Assembly (NCBI GenBank): GCA_021604805.1
Contig: BQJR01000004.1
Coordinates: 513,794 to 577,793 of the forward strand
DNA: 64,000 nucleotides
Direction: 5' to 3'
Source of the DNA: Planctomycetota bacterium
Lineage (GTDB): Bacteria; Planctomycetota; B15-G4
Position numbers and translations under genes: made by a program. The number at the start of each line of letters is the position of its first letter. Position 1 is the first letter of the stretch. The notes beneath the pieces are model-generated. The model made no database searches, was not told where the DNA came from, and worked only from the letters and a program-made list of their open reading frames with translations. Positions 16,730 to 27,092 of this stretch are shown here, piece by piece.

Positions 16730-17476
16730 ATGACCGACCTCGCCAAGTTGAGCTGGACCGGCGTCGAGGCCCTGCTGGCCCGCGGCTGCGCGGCGATCCT
16801 GCCGGTGGGCGCCACCGAGGCTCACGGCCCGCACCTGCCGCTCGACACCGACGTGACCATCGCCCTGGGCATGTCCCGGCGCGCCGCCACCACGCTGCAG
16901 GCCCGCGGCCAAGCCGCCGTGGTGCTGCCGCCCTTGGCCTACTCGCTCACCGATTGGGCGGCGCCCTTCAGCGGCACCTTGGGGCTCACGGCCGACGAGG
17001 CGCGCACGCTGCTGCTGGCCGTGCTGCGCGGCGCGGCGCGCACCGGCTTCCGTCCGCTGGCCATCGCCAACGGGCATCTCGAGGCCGGCCACGTGGCCGT
17101 GCTGCGCGAGGTCGCCGCCACGATCCAAGAGGAGACGGGCGTGCCCGTGGCCTTCCCGGATGTGACCCGCCGCCGCCTCGCCGAGCGTCTCACCGACGAG
17201 TTCCGCTCGGGCGCCTGCCACGCAGGTCGCTACGAAGGCTCGCTCGTGCTCGCCGACGATCCCCAGAGCGTGGACGACGACGCCGCCGCGAAGCTCCCGC
17301 CCGTGAACAACTCGCTGGTCGACGCGCACCGCGCCGGCGCGCAGAACTTCGTCGAAGCCGGCGGCCCGCTCGCGTACTTCGGCGCCCCCGCGGAAGCCAG
17401 CGCCGAAGAAGGCCGCGCCACCTTCGAGTTGCTCGCCACGATGCTCGTGGAGTCGATCGACGAAGTCAGCAGCTGA
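16730..17476 (+). CDS. Creatininase-family amidohydrolase
   Basis: 'AILPVGATEAHGPHLPLDTD' and 'IANGHLE'. These are creatininase/MftE-family metal-binding blocks. Confidence 0.85.
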   Translation: MTDLAKLSWTGVEALLARGCAAILPVGATEAHGPHLPLDTDVTIALGMSRRAATTLQARGQAAVVLPPLAYSLTDWAAPFSGTLGLTADEARTLLLAVLRGAARTGFRPLAIANGHLEAGHVAVLREVAATIQEETGVPVAFPDVTRRRLAERLTDEFRSGACHAGRYEGSLVLADDPQSVDDDAAAKLPPVNNSLVDAHRAGAQNFVEAGGPLAYFGAPAEASAEEGRATFELLATMLVESIDEVSS

Positions 17477-20400
17477 CGCGCACGCGTTGGCCGTCGGCGA
17501 GGTAGAGCAGCGATGCGGAGACCGCGCTCGCTTCCAGTTGCAACAAAGCGACGAGTGCGTCGCAGTAGCGCTGCATCTGGCTGCGGTGCGCCGCTTGCGT
17601 GACGAGGTCGTCGGCGGCGGGCGCGCGGCCGGTCTTGAAGTCGATCACTTCGGCGGAGAGCGCGCGGCCGTCGGGGGCGCGTGACACGTGCACGCGATCG
17701 AAACGACCGTTGCTCGGGGCGCCTTGCTCGTCGCGGAACTGGAAAGCGCGCTCGCGCCAGAGTTCGAGGCTCGGAGTGCTCCCGCTCGATGCAGCCGACG
17801 CGCGCGGCCTGCCAGCCGCATGCAACTCATCGGACGCGCTGTCCAGCGTGAGCACGGCACGCACCTCGGGGGCGCGCAGGCAGGCGAGGAAGCTGCGCCA
17901 TTCGTCGCGGAGTGCGAGCCGGGTCGTGTCGGCGCCATCGCCGAGCAGCGCCGCGAGCGCGAGGGCCTGCGCGTGCTCGGCGTCGAACTCGGGCGCGCCG
18001 TCGGCGTCGAGCCAGGTGAGCTCTTCACACCAGGCGTGCCAGACCAGCCCGCGCAGACGCGCTTCTTCCGAGTGCGTGGACCACGTGTCGGGATCACCCA
18101 GCGCTTGGGTGGACGCGATCCAGCGTGCGGCGTAGGTGTTCGTGTCGCGGTCGGCGTCGAGCGAGGCGTGGGCGTCCGTCGCGGTGTCGGCGCTCGCGGT
18201 GGGCGTTGCGCGCGCCGCTGGCGTGGTGGGCACAGCTGACGTGTCGGGCGCGGCGGGGACGTGGTCGTCGGACGGCGCTTGCCACGTCGACTCCCACTCG
18301 CTGAGGTCCACGGCTTCGCTGATCAGGCCGGCGTAGCTGCGCGCGGGCTTGCCACGTTCGGCGTCGGGCAGCACGAGTTCCAGGCGCGTGCGCGCTCGCG
18401 TGAGCGCCACGTAGAGACTGCACAGATCGCCTTCCGCGCTGCGCGCCGTGGCTTCGTGCAAGCGCTGGCTGAGCGTGGCGTGTTGCTCGATCCACGCGAT
18501 GCTGCCGCCGATCCAAACGCGTTCGATGCGCGCGAAAGGATCGCTGCGCTGCACCAGCGGTGAGGCCTCGCGGTTGAAGGACACGCCTTCGAGTTCAGGC
18601 AGCACGACCGTGTCGAAGGCCAAGCCCTTCGACTTGTGGATCGTGAGCACTTGCACGCCTTGCGCGTCGGGGTGCGCCACGGCTTCGCTCTCCACGCGCG
18701 CGAGGAAATCGGCCAAGCGCAGGTCGGGCAGTTCATCGTGACGCTCGGCGAGCTCCACGAGTTGACCGAGTCGTACGTCGTCCCAGGTGCTCACCGACTC
18801 GTGGGCCTCGAGCAGGGCGCGCAGCTCTTCCACGAGGCCGGCCGTGCCGCGCAGAGCCCAACGCTGGCGCAGCGCGGCGGCCAAGGCGTCGTCGGCTTCG
18901 GCGCGTGCTTCGGCGAGCGCGCGCGGGTCGACCTGAGCTCCGGCGCGTGCTTCGGCATCCACGTCGGTGTCGGCCTGCGCTTCGGGAACGAGGCCCAGCG
19001 CGGCGCCCAGCGGCGTGAGTTCCAGGTGCAGACGCGCGAGGCCGTCGCCAGGGTGCTCGGCGAAGCGCAGCGCAGACAGCAGCACGCGCACGGCGTTCGA
19101 GTCGGTGAGCGGCGCGCCGCCTGCGCCGCCCGCCGGCACCCCTTCGGCACGCAAGGCCTGCAGCATCTGCGCGACGGGTTTGTTCGTGCGCAGCAGCACG
19201 CCGATGCTGCGTTCGGGTTCGCGCTCGCGAAGCGCGGCGATGCGTTGCGCCGTGAAGCCTGCGAGCAACTCGCGACGTTGGTCGGCGGAGGCGTCGTCGC
19301 AAGGCACGCGATGCACGCGCACGCAGCCTTCGAGGTCGGGCTTGGCGGCGCGCGGCGTCACCCAGCGCTCGAGCCAGAGTGCACGCGCGGCGCGCAGGCC
19401 GGGGTCGTTGTCGAAGACCGAGCAGCGATCCAAGTGGGAGAACACGGCCTGCACGAAGTCGAGCAGCTCGGGCGCCGAGCGGTAGTTGTGTTCGAGCCCG
19501 GAACTCCGCAGATCGTGGCGCTCAGCGAGACCCGCGAGCAACCGCGAATCCCCACCGCGGAAGGCGTAGAGCGATTGCTTGAGATCACCGACGGCCACCA
19601 ACGAGCCGAGCTCGCGCGCGGCCAACAACGGTTGCACGAGTTGCTCGAACACACGCCACTGCAGCGGCGAGGTGTCCTGGAACTCGTCGAGCAGGAGGTG
19701 CTGCAGCTGCGCTTCGGTGCGGTGCGCGAGCAAGGCCGGCGAGAGCGAACCGACGCGTTCCAAGGCGCGCGGCAAGTCGTCGAAGCGCAGGGCACCTGCG
19801 GCGCGCTTGGCGGCGGTGTACATCTCGTGGAAGCGCGCGAGCAGGGAGCCCATCGCACGCGTGCGTCGGGCGAGCTCTGCCTCGAGGAACAACAAACCTG
19901 CTGCGATCAACGCGCGCAGACTCTCGCGCAGCGGCGGCGTGAAGTCGGCGCGCGCGAACTGCGCGTCGTCGAGCAGGGCCCGCTCGCTCATCGTGTGTTC
20001 GAGCAGCGCGCGCCAGTTCTCTTCGGCGAGGGCTTCGAGCAAGGCCGTGCGCGCCTTCACGAAACCCGAGACCTCGGTGCCCTTGCTCTTCGTGACCGGC
20101 AAAGGCGCCTCGGCGAAGGCCGCGACGAGTTGCGCGAGGCGAGCTTCGTCCGGCAAGTCGCTGGGTTCGGGCGGCGCGAAGGCGTCGGGTGCCGCGTCGA
20201 GCCAGAGCTCATAGGTCGACGCGATGTCGTCTTGCAGACTCTCGTGCGTGGCGCGCGCACCTTCGGCACCGGCGCCGCGCCAGGCGCGCAACAACTCGAG
20301 CAGCTCTTCGCGATCGCTCTCGGCGAGCAAGCGCGAGAGCACTTGCTCGCGCAGGCGTTGATCCTCGGCCGCGTCCACGAGTCGCCAGTCGGGGGGCAAC

Positions 20401-20759
20401 TCCAACTCGGCGCCGAAAGCCTGGGCGAGACGACCGAAGAAGGCGTCGAGCGTTTCCACGTGCAGCGGATCGCCGCCGCGTAGGAGCGCCAGCAGGAGCG
20501 CCACGCAAGCCTCGCGACGGGGCAGCTCCCCGTCGGCGCCGGCAGGGAGCTGCGCGCGCGAAGCTTCGTCGTCGAGCGCGTGGAGCAGGCGTTCGTGCAG
20601 GCGCTCCGAGATCTCACCGGCCGCCTTGCGCGTGAAGGTCGTGCCCAGAACGGAACTGGGTTCCGTGCCGCCGAGCAGCAGCGCGAGCAGTTGCTGACTC
20701 AACGCGTGCGTCTTGCCCGTGCCCGCCGACGCGAGCATGACTTCGTGCCGACCACTCAT
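17466..20759 (-). CDS. addA: UvrD/Rep-type helicase-nuclease, AddA-like
   Basis: 'ASAGTGKTHAL', 'DEFQDTSPLQW', 'VGDLKQSLYAFRGGD', 'NYRSAPELL', 'TIHKSKGLAFDTVVLP', 'LYVALTRARTRLELV'. The C-terminus has PD-(D/E)XK ('VIDFKTGR...QMQRY'). The start overlaps the addB stop (ATGA). Confidence 0.85.
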   Translation of the reverse strand: MSGRHEVMLASAGTGKTHALSQQLLALLLGGTEPSSVLGTTFTRKAAGEISERLHERLLHALDDEASRAQLPAGADGELPRREACVALLLALLRGGDPLHVETLDAFFGRLAQAFGAELELPPDWRLVDAAEDQRLREQVLSRLLAESDREELLELLRAWRGAGAEGARATHESLQDDIASTYELWLDAAPDAFAPPEPSDLPDEARLAQLVAAFAEAPLPVTKSKGTEVSGFVKARTALLEALAEENWRALLEHTMSERALLDDAQFARADFTPPLRESLRALIAAGLLFLEAELARRTRAMGSLLARFHEMYTAAKRAAGALRFDDLPRALERVGSLSPALLAHRTEAQLQHLLLDEFQDTSPLQWRVFEQLVQPLLAARELGSLVAVGDLKQSLYAFRGGDSRLLAGLAERHDLRSSGLEHNYRSAPELLDFVQAVFSHLDRCSVFDNDPGLRAARALWLERWVTPRAAKPDLEGCVRVHRVPCDDASADQRRELLAGFTAQRIAALREREPERSIGVLLRTNKPVAQMLQALRAEGVPAGGAGGAPLTDSNAVRVLLSALRFAEHPGDGLARLHLELTPLGAALGLVPEAQADTDVDAEARAGAQVDPRALAEARAEADDALAAALRQRWALRGTAGLVEELRALLEAHESVSTWDDVRLGQLVELAERHDELPDLRLADFLARVESEAVAHPDAQGVQVLTIHKSKGLAFDTVVLPELEGVSFNREASPLVQRSDPFARIERVWIGGSIAWIEQHATLSQRLHEATARSAEGDLCSLYVALTRARTRLELVLPDAERGKPARSYAGLISEAVDLSEWESTWQAPSDDHVPAAPDTSAVPTTPAARATPTASADTATDAHASLDADRDTNTYAARWIASTQALGDPDTWSTHSEEARLRGLVWHAWCEELTWLDADGAPEFDAEHAQALALAALLGDGADTTRLALRDEWRSFLACLRAPEVRAVLTLDSASDELHAAGRPRASAASSGSTPSLELWRERAFQFRDEQGAPSNGRFDRVHVSRAPDGRALSAEVIDFKTGRAPAADDLVTQAAHRSQMQRYCDALVALLQLEASAVSASLLYLADGQRVRVSC

Positions 20760-23668
20760 GCGTCGGCCTCCGGCAAGAGTGGACCGAGCGAGCGCGTGCG
20801 CGGTCCGCCCACGAGTCCTAGCCCCGAAAGCGCGCGCAAGCTGGGGTCGTCGGCGAGGAAGCGACCCGCGCCCAAGGCGGCGATTTCGCCGGCCCGCAAA
20901 CGACGCACGATCTCGCCCGCCGTGGCGCGCGCGTGGGCGAGGTCTTCAGCGTTCCACTTGGCGAGCATCACGGCCTTGCTGGCGGCCGACTTGGGCAACA
21001 CGAAGTAACCCAGGGCAGGATCGCCGAAGCGTTCGCGCTCCGAGTCCAGTTCAGCGACGAGCTCGAGATAGAGCGGCAGCTGCAGCTTCTTCCACGCGCC
21101 GCGCTTGCCGCCGTGGTCCTTGTCGGGGCTGTCGCCCGACTCACCGGTCTTGTAGTCGAGCAGCATCCACTCGCCGGTGGACGCGTTGACGTCGATGCGA
21201 TCGATGCGCCCGCGCAGCGCGATCTGCTCGTTGCCCAGGCGCACGACGACCGGGCGCGTGGGCTTCCACTCCACGTGCGCGATGCGCCAACCCGCCGCGG
21301 CGTGCGCGGCCTGCGCGCGCGCGAAGTGGCCCAGTCGCCAACCGAGTTGGTGCAACTGCACGCTCACGGCGGGCGCGACCTCGGCGCCGAACCGACGCGC
21401 GCGCAGCTGCTCGAGCGCCTCGTCGAACCAGGCCGTGAGCGCTTCGGGATCGCTGCTGTCGCGCAACTCGGAGCGACCGAAGTTCTCGAGCAACTCGTGC
21501 GCGAGCGAACCGAAGGCGCCGCCGTCGAGTTCGTGGGCGCTGTCGTCTTGCCCGCGGCGCCGCAAGATGCGCTCCACGTAGCATTGATAGGGCGAGGCCA
21601 GGAAAGCGTCGAAGTCGGTGACGCTCAGGCTCTCGATCTCGGGCGCGCTGCCAGCCACCAAGGGTGTGGGCGGCGTCACGCTCGGGGTTTCGGGCGCCGC
21701 GTCGACAGCAGGCAAGGGCGCCAAGGCTCGGTGCGCGGCCGCGAGCGCCTGCGCGTCGTCGCCGGCGAAGGCCAAGCGGCTCGTGCGCAAGGGATCGCCC
21801 TCGCGACCTTGCCGACCCGAGTGCAGGCGCAGGTCCACGCCGCGTTCGAGCGCGCACAACAAGGCCCAGTGATCGCGCGCTGAACGCGCCGCCGTGTGCG
21901 GCAGGCCCAGCTCCTGACACAAACCGTCGGGCAACCACGCGTGTCGACGCGACATCGCGGGCAAGCTGCCTTCGTTGAAGCCGGCCAGCAACACGGCGCG
22001 CGCGCTGGAGAAGGCGAGGTCGCCCACGCCGAGCGCATCCAGCGCCGTGCCTTGCACACGCTCTTCAACGGTGGCGTCGGCGAGCGCTTCTTCGATGCGT
22101 TGCAGCAACTCAGCCGGCGCGAAGCTCGCGTGGCTCGGGAGCTCTTCGGCTTGCTCGAGCATCTCGCGCAGACGCCCGGCCGCTGGCCCCCCGAGCAGCT
22201 CCGCGCCCGCCTCGCACGTGCACAACGTCGCCAACGCACGGCGCAGCGCCGCCACGAGTTCGACGGCGGGACGCGGCGCGTCACGCCCGAACACGCCGAG
22301 CAACTCGCCCAACGCGTCGCGACCGGCCTTCAGCGCGCGTGCGCGTGCCTTGCTCTCGTCGACACGCCTCGCACGCGACGCGTCTTCGCCCGTCTCGTGC
22401 ACGAGCTCACGCCAATGCCGCGGCAAGCTCGCGGGCAGGTGCGCCTCGCGGTAAGCATCCAGCGGGCGCACCAAACTGCTGAGACCGCGCGCGCGGAACC
22501 ACGCCTCGAAGGCGGGCTGCCGCACGAGCGCCGCGAAGCTCGCTGCGCTGCGCCGCTCGAGATGCTCGCGCAACGCGGCCAAGCAACGCGCCAGGGGTGA
22601 ACGCCGCCACGGACGACCACCCGCGTCGCGCAGAGCGAAACCACGTGTGGAGAGTCGTCGGCGCACGGGCGCGTGCAGCTCGCGGTCGGGCAAGCACAGC
22701 ACGAGCTCGTCGCGCGCCGCGAGCTCGGGGCGCGCGTCGACCTCACGCAGGAGCGCATCGGCTTGCGCGGCGGGATTCTCGTGCACCGTCCAGCGCTCGA
22801 GCAACTCGGGCAGGGCGTGCGCAGCCAGCGCCTCGGGTTGCAGACGCCCCCACGCGTCGTGCAGCTCGGCGGCGCGCGCGCTCTCGCCGGGCAGCAGGAT
22901 GTCGATGCGTTCCACACGCCGCGCGAGCTGACGTTCGAGCAGCGGCGACACGTCGACCACACCGACCAACACCACACGTGGCACGGCGCGCGCCGGCAGG
23001 TCGAGGCTCTGGCGACGCCGTTCGTGCGGATCGCTCAGCCCCGCCGACGCCAGCTCGCGCAGCACGCGGCGCTGCAAGTCGGCGAAGAGCAACCAACGCT
23101 CGCCGTCGGGACCGATGCTGTCGCGCGCCTCGGCCACGTCGGTGCCGTCGAGGTCGGCGGCGGCGAGGTCGGCGTGCAGCGCGCGCAACTTCGCGGCCAC
23201 GCTGCGACGCGCGCCCGGCGAGTCGGCCTGTTCGGGGAGCAACAACGCACGCGCCGCGTCGGGCAGCGACTCGAGCGCGCGTTGCCACTCGTGACTGCGC
23301 AGCAAGCGCCCCGCCACCGGCGCGATCTGCGTGGCGAGCTCCGGCTCGCGCACCAGCTCGGGGAGCGTGGGCCGCGCCAACAGATCGCCGAGCTGCCCCA
23401 CCGTGAGCAACTCAGGCCACGCGTCACTGCTCCCCTCGGCGACACCGGTTTGCAGCACCGAGAGGAGCGCCGCGTGCGCGCGAGCTCCCGGCAACACCAC
23501 CCACGCGCCCGCGAGTTCGTCCGCGGGCAGCTGCTCTCGCAACCAGCGCGCGACGAGCTGCGGGAACAGATCGTCGCAACCCAAGAAGTGGCGCTGCGGT
23601 CCGTCGGTCGGGTTGACCGGAGGATCCGACGAGTCGAAAGGCAGCGGAGCAGTGGTGTCGTTCCCCAC
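20756..23668 (-). CDS. addB: AddB-like PD-(D/E)XK nuclease subunit (no Walker A seen)
   Basis: The C-terminal nuclease block is 'RGRIDRIDVNASTGEWMLLDYKTGE...LQLPLYLELV'. The gene is large and translationally coupled upstream of addA. I saw no GKT/S P-loop. Confidence 0.75.
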   Translation of the reverse strand: MGNDTTAPLPFDSSDPPVNPTDGPQRHFLGCDDLFPQLVARWLREQLPADELAGAWVVLPGARAHAALLSVLQTGVAEGSSDAWPELLTVGQLGDLLARPTLPELVREPELATQIAPVAGRLLRSHEWQRALESLPDAARALLLPEQADSPGARRSVAAKLRALHADLAAADLDGTDVAEARDSIGPDGERWLLFADLQRRVLRELASAGLSDPHERRRQSLDLPARAVPRVVLVGVVDVSPLLERQLARRVERIDILLPGESARAAELHDAWGRLQPEALAAHALPELLERWTVHENPAAQADALLREVDARPELAARDELVLCLPDRELHAPVRRRLSTRGFALRDAGGRPWRRSPLARCLAALREHLERRSAASFAALVRQPAFEAWFRARGLSSLVRPLDAYREAHLPASLPRHWRELVHETGEDASRARRVDESKARARALKAGRDALGELLGVFGRDAPRPAVELVAALRRALATLCTCEAGAELLGGPAAGRLREMLEQAEELPSHASFAPAELLQRIEEALADATVEERVQGTALDALGVGDLAFSSARAVLLAGFNEGSLPAMSRRHAWLPDGLCQELGLPHTAARSARDHWALLCALERGVDLRLHSGRQGREGDPLRTSRLAFAGDDAQALAAAHRALAPLPAVDAAPETPSVTPPTPLVAGSAPEIESLSVTDFDAFLASPYQCYVERILRRRGQDDSAHELDGGAFGSLAHELLENFGRSELRDSSDPEALTAWFDEALEQLRARRFGAEVAPAVSVQLHQLGWRLGHFARAQAAHAAAGWRIAHVEWKPTRPVVVRLGNEQIALRGRIDRIDVNASTGEWMLLDYKTGESGDSPDKDHGGKRGAWKKLQLPLYLELVAELDSERERFGDPALGYFVLPKSAASKAVMLAKWNAEDLAHARATAGEIVRRLRAGEIAALGAGRFLADDPSLRALSGLGLVGGPRTRSLGPLLPEADA

Positions 23669-23692
23669 GACGCCAGACTAGTGCTCCCCGCG

Positions 23693-24841
23693 TCAGCCCT
23701 CAATGCCGCGCTGACGACGAGCTCGCTGGGCCGCACGCCGCGCCGCGTTCTGCGCCTCCTGGTCGAGCTCCTCCGCGGCGGCGCGCGGGCTGAGCGGCGC
23801 GTGCAAGTAGATCGACTTGCGCAACTGCGCTTCCCAGAGCGGCGCCATCGGCGTGCCTTCCAAGCGCATGTCGCCCCAGTTCTCCAAGCCGACGTGCTCG
23901 CGGAAATCGCGGTTGCTGTAGCAGAAAGCGCGGATCACCGGGTAGCGACGGATCAGGTCGAAGAAGGGCTGGAACCAGAGGCGCCAAGTGTTGCGATCGT
24001 GGATGTCGAGCTTGCTGGGCGCGGCCTCCGGCAGCATCACGGGTTTGCCGCGCGCGCGTGCGTCGCGCAGGAAGTCCACCACCCTCGCGCGCAGGTCGGT
24101 GTGCGACAGGTCGGCATAGAAGATGTCGATCGACCACCAGTCGACCCAGGCATCACCGGGGTACCAGAGTTCGAAGTCGGGCTGCACGTCGCGCAAGGCC
24201 TTGTAGCTCCACATGTGGATCGCGTTCTCCACGCCAGCGGCACGGAAGCGTTCCACGATGTAGCGGTAGGCCTTGACGAACTCGCGCGGCTGATGCCCGA
24301 TCTTGGGCACGTTGACCTCGGGCGCGATGCGCAGGAACACCGGGCGCCCCGCTTGTCGCACGAGCTCGACGAGCTGGTCGAGCTTGGTGTCGAAGTGGCC
24401 GGCGGTCACGTCGGCGCCGAGGCCGCGCATCTGATCGTTGCCGAGCGAGGCGCGGAAAGAGATCGAGAGCACGGGCAGGCGCGTGGCGTGGTGCTGCATG
24501 TAGCCGCGTAGGTCGTCGACCAAGTCGTCGAAACTCACGCGCTCGGTGGGCGCCAGGTTCACGCCCATGCGCACCAACATCGGCGGCGTGGCCGGGAAGG
24601 CGTTCACGTAGCCCTCGACCTCGCGCGGGTTCCACATCGGGCCCACGCCGTGCAGCACGTGATCGAGCTTGCCGGTGCGCAGGGTCTCGAGGCCGTAGGT
24701 GCGCACCGGCGCGCGCGCGTCGGGGGGCTCAGCGCCCGGCGCGAGGTACGTGACCGGCACCGAAACAGACTCACTCGATGCGTTCGGCGACGCGCACCCG
24801 AGCGCGGCACCGAGACCCAGCAGCGACAACATGCGCAACAT
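23693..24841 (-). CDS. Lipoprotein glycoside hydrolase, clan GH-A (GH26/GH5-like)
   Basis: MLRMLSLLGLGAALGCAS has a lipobox. 'VFLRIAPEVN' is acid/base-Glu-like, 'WYPGDAWVDWWSIDIFY' was also seen, and 'KPVMLPEAAP' is nucleophile-Glu-like. The family assignment is tentative. Confidence 0.6.
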   Translation of the reverse strand: MLRMLSLLGLGAALGCASPNASSESVSVPVTYLAPGAEPPDARAPVRTYGLETLRTGKLDHVLHGVGPMWNPREVEGYVNAFPATPPMLVRMGVNLAPTERVSFDDLVDDLRGYMQHHATRLPVLSISFRASLGNDQMRGLGADVTAGHFDTKLDQLVELVRQAGRPVFLRIAPEVNVPKIGHQPREFVKAYRYIVERFRAAGVENAIHMWSYKALRDVQPDFELWYPGDAWVDWWSIDIFYADLSHTDLRARVVDFLRDARARGKPVMLPEAAPSKLDIHDRNTWRLWFQPFFDLIRRYPVIRAFCYSNRDFREHVGLENWGDMRLEGTPMAPLWEAQLRKSIYLHAPLSPRAAAEELDQEAQNAARRAAQRARRQRGIEG

Positions 24842-24943
24842 TCAGCGCCTCCTCGAGAGCGGCCGCGACGAAGTCGTCGCGCACAGAGACCACGTGAAAC
24901 AAGCCTCGAGAGCGCAGGTGACGCTCAGCCCGGTGTGCTCAGC

Positions 24944-26911
24944 TCAGCCCGGCGAGCCTTCGCCCGGCGCGAGCAGCTCGCCCACGAGCTTCGCGAAGCG
25001 CGAGGGGTCGCTCAGCTGACTGCCTTCGGCGAGCAGAGCCTGTCCGTGCACGAGCTCGAGGAACTGGTGGAAGCGCGGGCTGTCGGCGTCGGCAGCGTGC
25101 AGTTCCTTGAGGCGCGACACCACCGGGTGCGACGGGTTCAGCTCGAGCACACGCTTGTTCGCCGGCACTTGCTGACCGCTCGCGCGCAACATGGCTTCGA
25201 GCTGCGGCGACAGGCCACCCTCGGCGCCCACGAGCACCGCGGGGCTCTCCTTGAGGCGGCTGGAGAGGCGCACCTTCGACACGTAGTCGTCGAGCGAAGC
25301 TTGCGCGGCGCCGAGCAGACCTTCGAGTTCCTTCTCCTGCTCTTCGCGCTCGCTCTTCTGTTCGTCGGTTTCGGCGGCGGCGTCACCCTGTTCGAGCGAA
25401 CGCAGCGGCTTGCCTTCGAACTCGTTGAGGCGCTGCACGACCCACTCGTCGACCGGGTCGACCAGGAACAAGACTTCGTGTCCCTTGCCGGACACGGCCT
25501 CGAGGTGCGGCGACTTCTCCACCGAATGACGGTCGGCGCCGGTGACGTACCAGATGGCTTCCTGGTCGGGCTCCATGCGGTCCACGTACTCGGCGAGCGT
25601 GCAGGGCTCGGCACCCTTGCTCGTCTGCCACAAGCACACCTTGGCGAGCTCGGCGCGGTGGGCGTCGTCGATGTAGAGGCCTTCTTTCAGCACCGAGCCG
25701 AAGGCCGTCCAGAACTCCGCGTAGGTCTCGCGCTCCTTCTTGAGCATCTCGCCGAAGGTGTCGAGCAGCTTCTTCACGAGGCGCTTGCGAATCTGCGCGA
25801 TCTGGCGGTTGTGCTGCAGCGTTTCGCGCGAAACATTGAGCGGCAGGTCGCTGCTGTCGACGAGCCCGCGCACGAAGCGCAGCCAGCCGGGCAGCAACTC
25901 TTCGCACTCGGCCATGACGAAGACCTTCTTCACGTACAGGCTGAGGCGCGAGGCCTGCTTGCTCGGGTCGAGGATCTCGGCGTTGCGCTGCGTGGGCAGG
26001 TAGAGCAGCGCCGTGTATTCGTGGGTGCCTTCCGCGCGGAAGTGGATCGTGCGCAGCGGCTTGTTCCAGTCGTGCGTGAGGTGCGAGTAGAACTCGTCGT
26101 AGTCGCTCTGCTCGATCTCGTTGCGCGGGCGCACCCAGAGCGGCTTGCGCGAGTTGAGCGTCTGCAGCTCGGTGACCGTGGTGGGTTCTTCGTCGCCCTC
26201 CTTGGTTTCCGTGCGCTCGACTTCCATCTGCACGGGGTGCTCCACGAAGTCGGAGTACTTCTTCACGATCGTGCGCAGCGCGTACTCGTCGGTGAAGTCG
26301 GCGTGCTCGGACTCGGGGTCGGCGTCGCGCAGCAGCAAGGTGATGCGTGTGCCCACGCTTTCCTTGTCAAAGCTCTCCACGGAGAACTCGCCGTCGCCCT
26401 TGCTCGACCAGCGCGTGGCCTCGGTCTCACCGAGCCTGCGGGTCTCGAGCTCGACCTCGTGCGCGACCATGAAGGCGCTGTAGAAGCCCACGCCGAACTG
26501 GCCGATGAGTTCCGGCGCGGACTCGGTGGCGACGTCCTCACTCTTGCCCTTGCCCTTCTTCGTGGCGGTCTTGCTGGCGCGCAACTGCTCGAGGAAGGCG
26601 CGCGTGCCCGAGCGCGCGATGGTGCCGATGTTGTCCACCAGCTCCTGACGGCTCATGCCGATGCCGTTGTCTTCGATGATCAGCTTGCGACCTTCGGGGT
26701 CGCGTTCGAGACGGATCTGCGGCTCCCAGTCGTTGTCGCGCAAGGCCTCGTCGCTGAGGGCGGCCACGCGGCGCTTGTCGATGGCGTCGGAAGCGTTGCT
26801 GATCAACTCGCGCAGGAAGATCTCCTTGTGCGAGTAGAGCGAGTGGATCATCAGATCCAGGAGTTCGCTGGTTTCGGCTTGGAAGCGGTGGGTTTCAGCT
26901 TGGGCGGTCAT
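24944..26911 (-). CDS. htpG: Molecular chaperone HtpG (Hsp90)
   Basis: 'FQAETSELLDLMIHSLYSHKEIFLRELISNASDAIDK' and 'GQFGVGFYSAFMVA'. The ATG at 26911 was chosen; the 78 upstream codons of the listed ORF look non-coding. Confidence 0.95.
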   Translation of the reverse strand: MTAQAETHRFQAETSELLDLMIHSLYSHKEIFLRELISNASDAIDKRRVAALSDEALRDNDWEPQIRLERDPEGRKLIIEDNGIGMSRQELVDNIGTIARSGTRAFLEQLRASKTATKKGKGKSEDVATESAPELIGQFGVGFYSAFMVAHEVELETRRLGETEATRWSSKGDGEFSVESFDKESVGTRITLLLRDADPESEHADFTDEYALRTIVKKYSDFVEHPVQMEVERTETKEGDEEPTTVTELQTLNSRKPLWVRPRNEIEQSDYDEFYSHLTHDWNKPLRTIHFRAEGTHEYTALLYLPTQRNAEILDPSKQASRLSLYVKKVFVMAECEELLPGWLRFVRGLVDSSDLPLNVSRETLQHNRQIAQIRKRLVKKLLDTFGEMLKKERETYAEFWTAFGSVLKEGLYIDDAHRAELAKVCLWQTSKGAEPCTLAEYVDRMEPDQEAIWYVTGADRHSVEKSPHLEAVSGKGHEVLFLVDPVDEWVVQRLNEFEGKPLRSLEQGDAAAETDEQKSEREEQEKELEGLLGAAQASLDDYVSKVRLSSRLKESPAVLVGAEGGLSPQLEAMLRASGQQVPANKRVLELNPSHPVVSRLKELHAADADSPRFHQFLELVHGQALLAEGSQLSDPSRFAKLVGELLAPGEGSPG

Positions 26912-27092
26912 CGTGAATCCGTGTCCTGAGCGGTGCGTGAGGACCGCGCATTGTAACGACGCGGGCAGGCCTGCGGCGAGTCGTGCGAGCGGGCCGGCCC
27001 GATGCGCTGAGCGGGCGACCGACACGCGCGGCGTGGGCCGCTGGCGGACCGCAGGCCGAGATCCCGCACTGGAGGCAGCGGCCGTGCCGAAG

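Noticed and set aside
18636-20483. Long antisense ORFs opposite real genes (e.g. 18636..20483 +, 22673..24511 +, 24650..26929 +, 4902..6182 -, 8986..9993 -, 30569..32416 -, 57652..58782 +, 40197..41828 -)
   Set aside because: These are classic GC-rich shadow ORFs. They lie antisense to genes with clear motifs, have extreme Arg/Ala/Gly/His composition, and show no recognisable domains.
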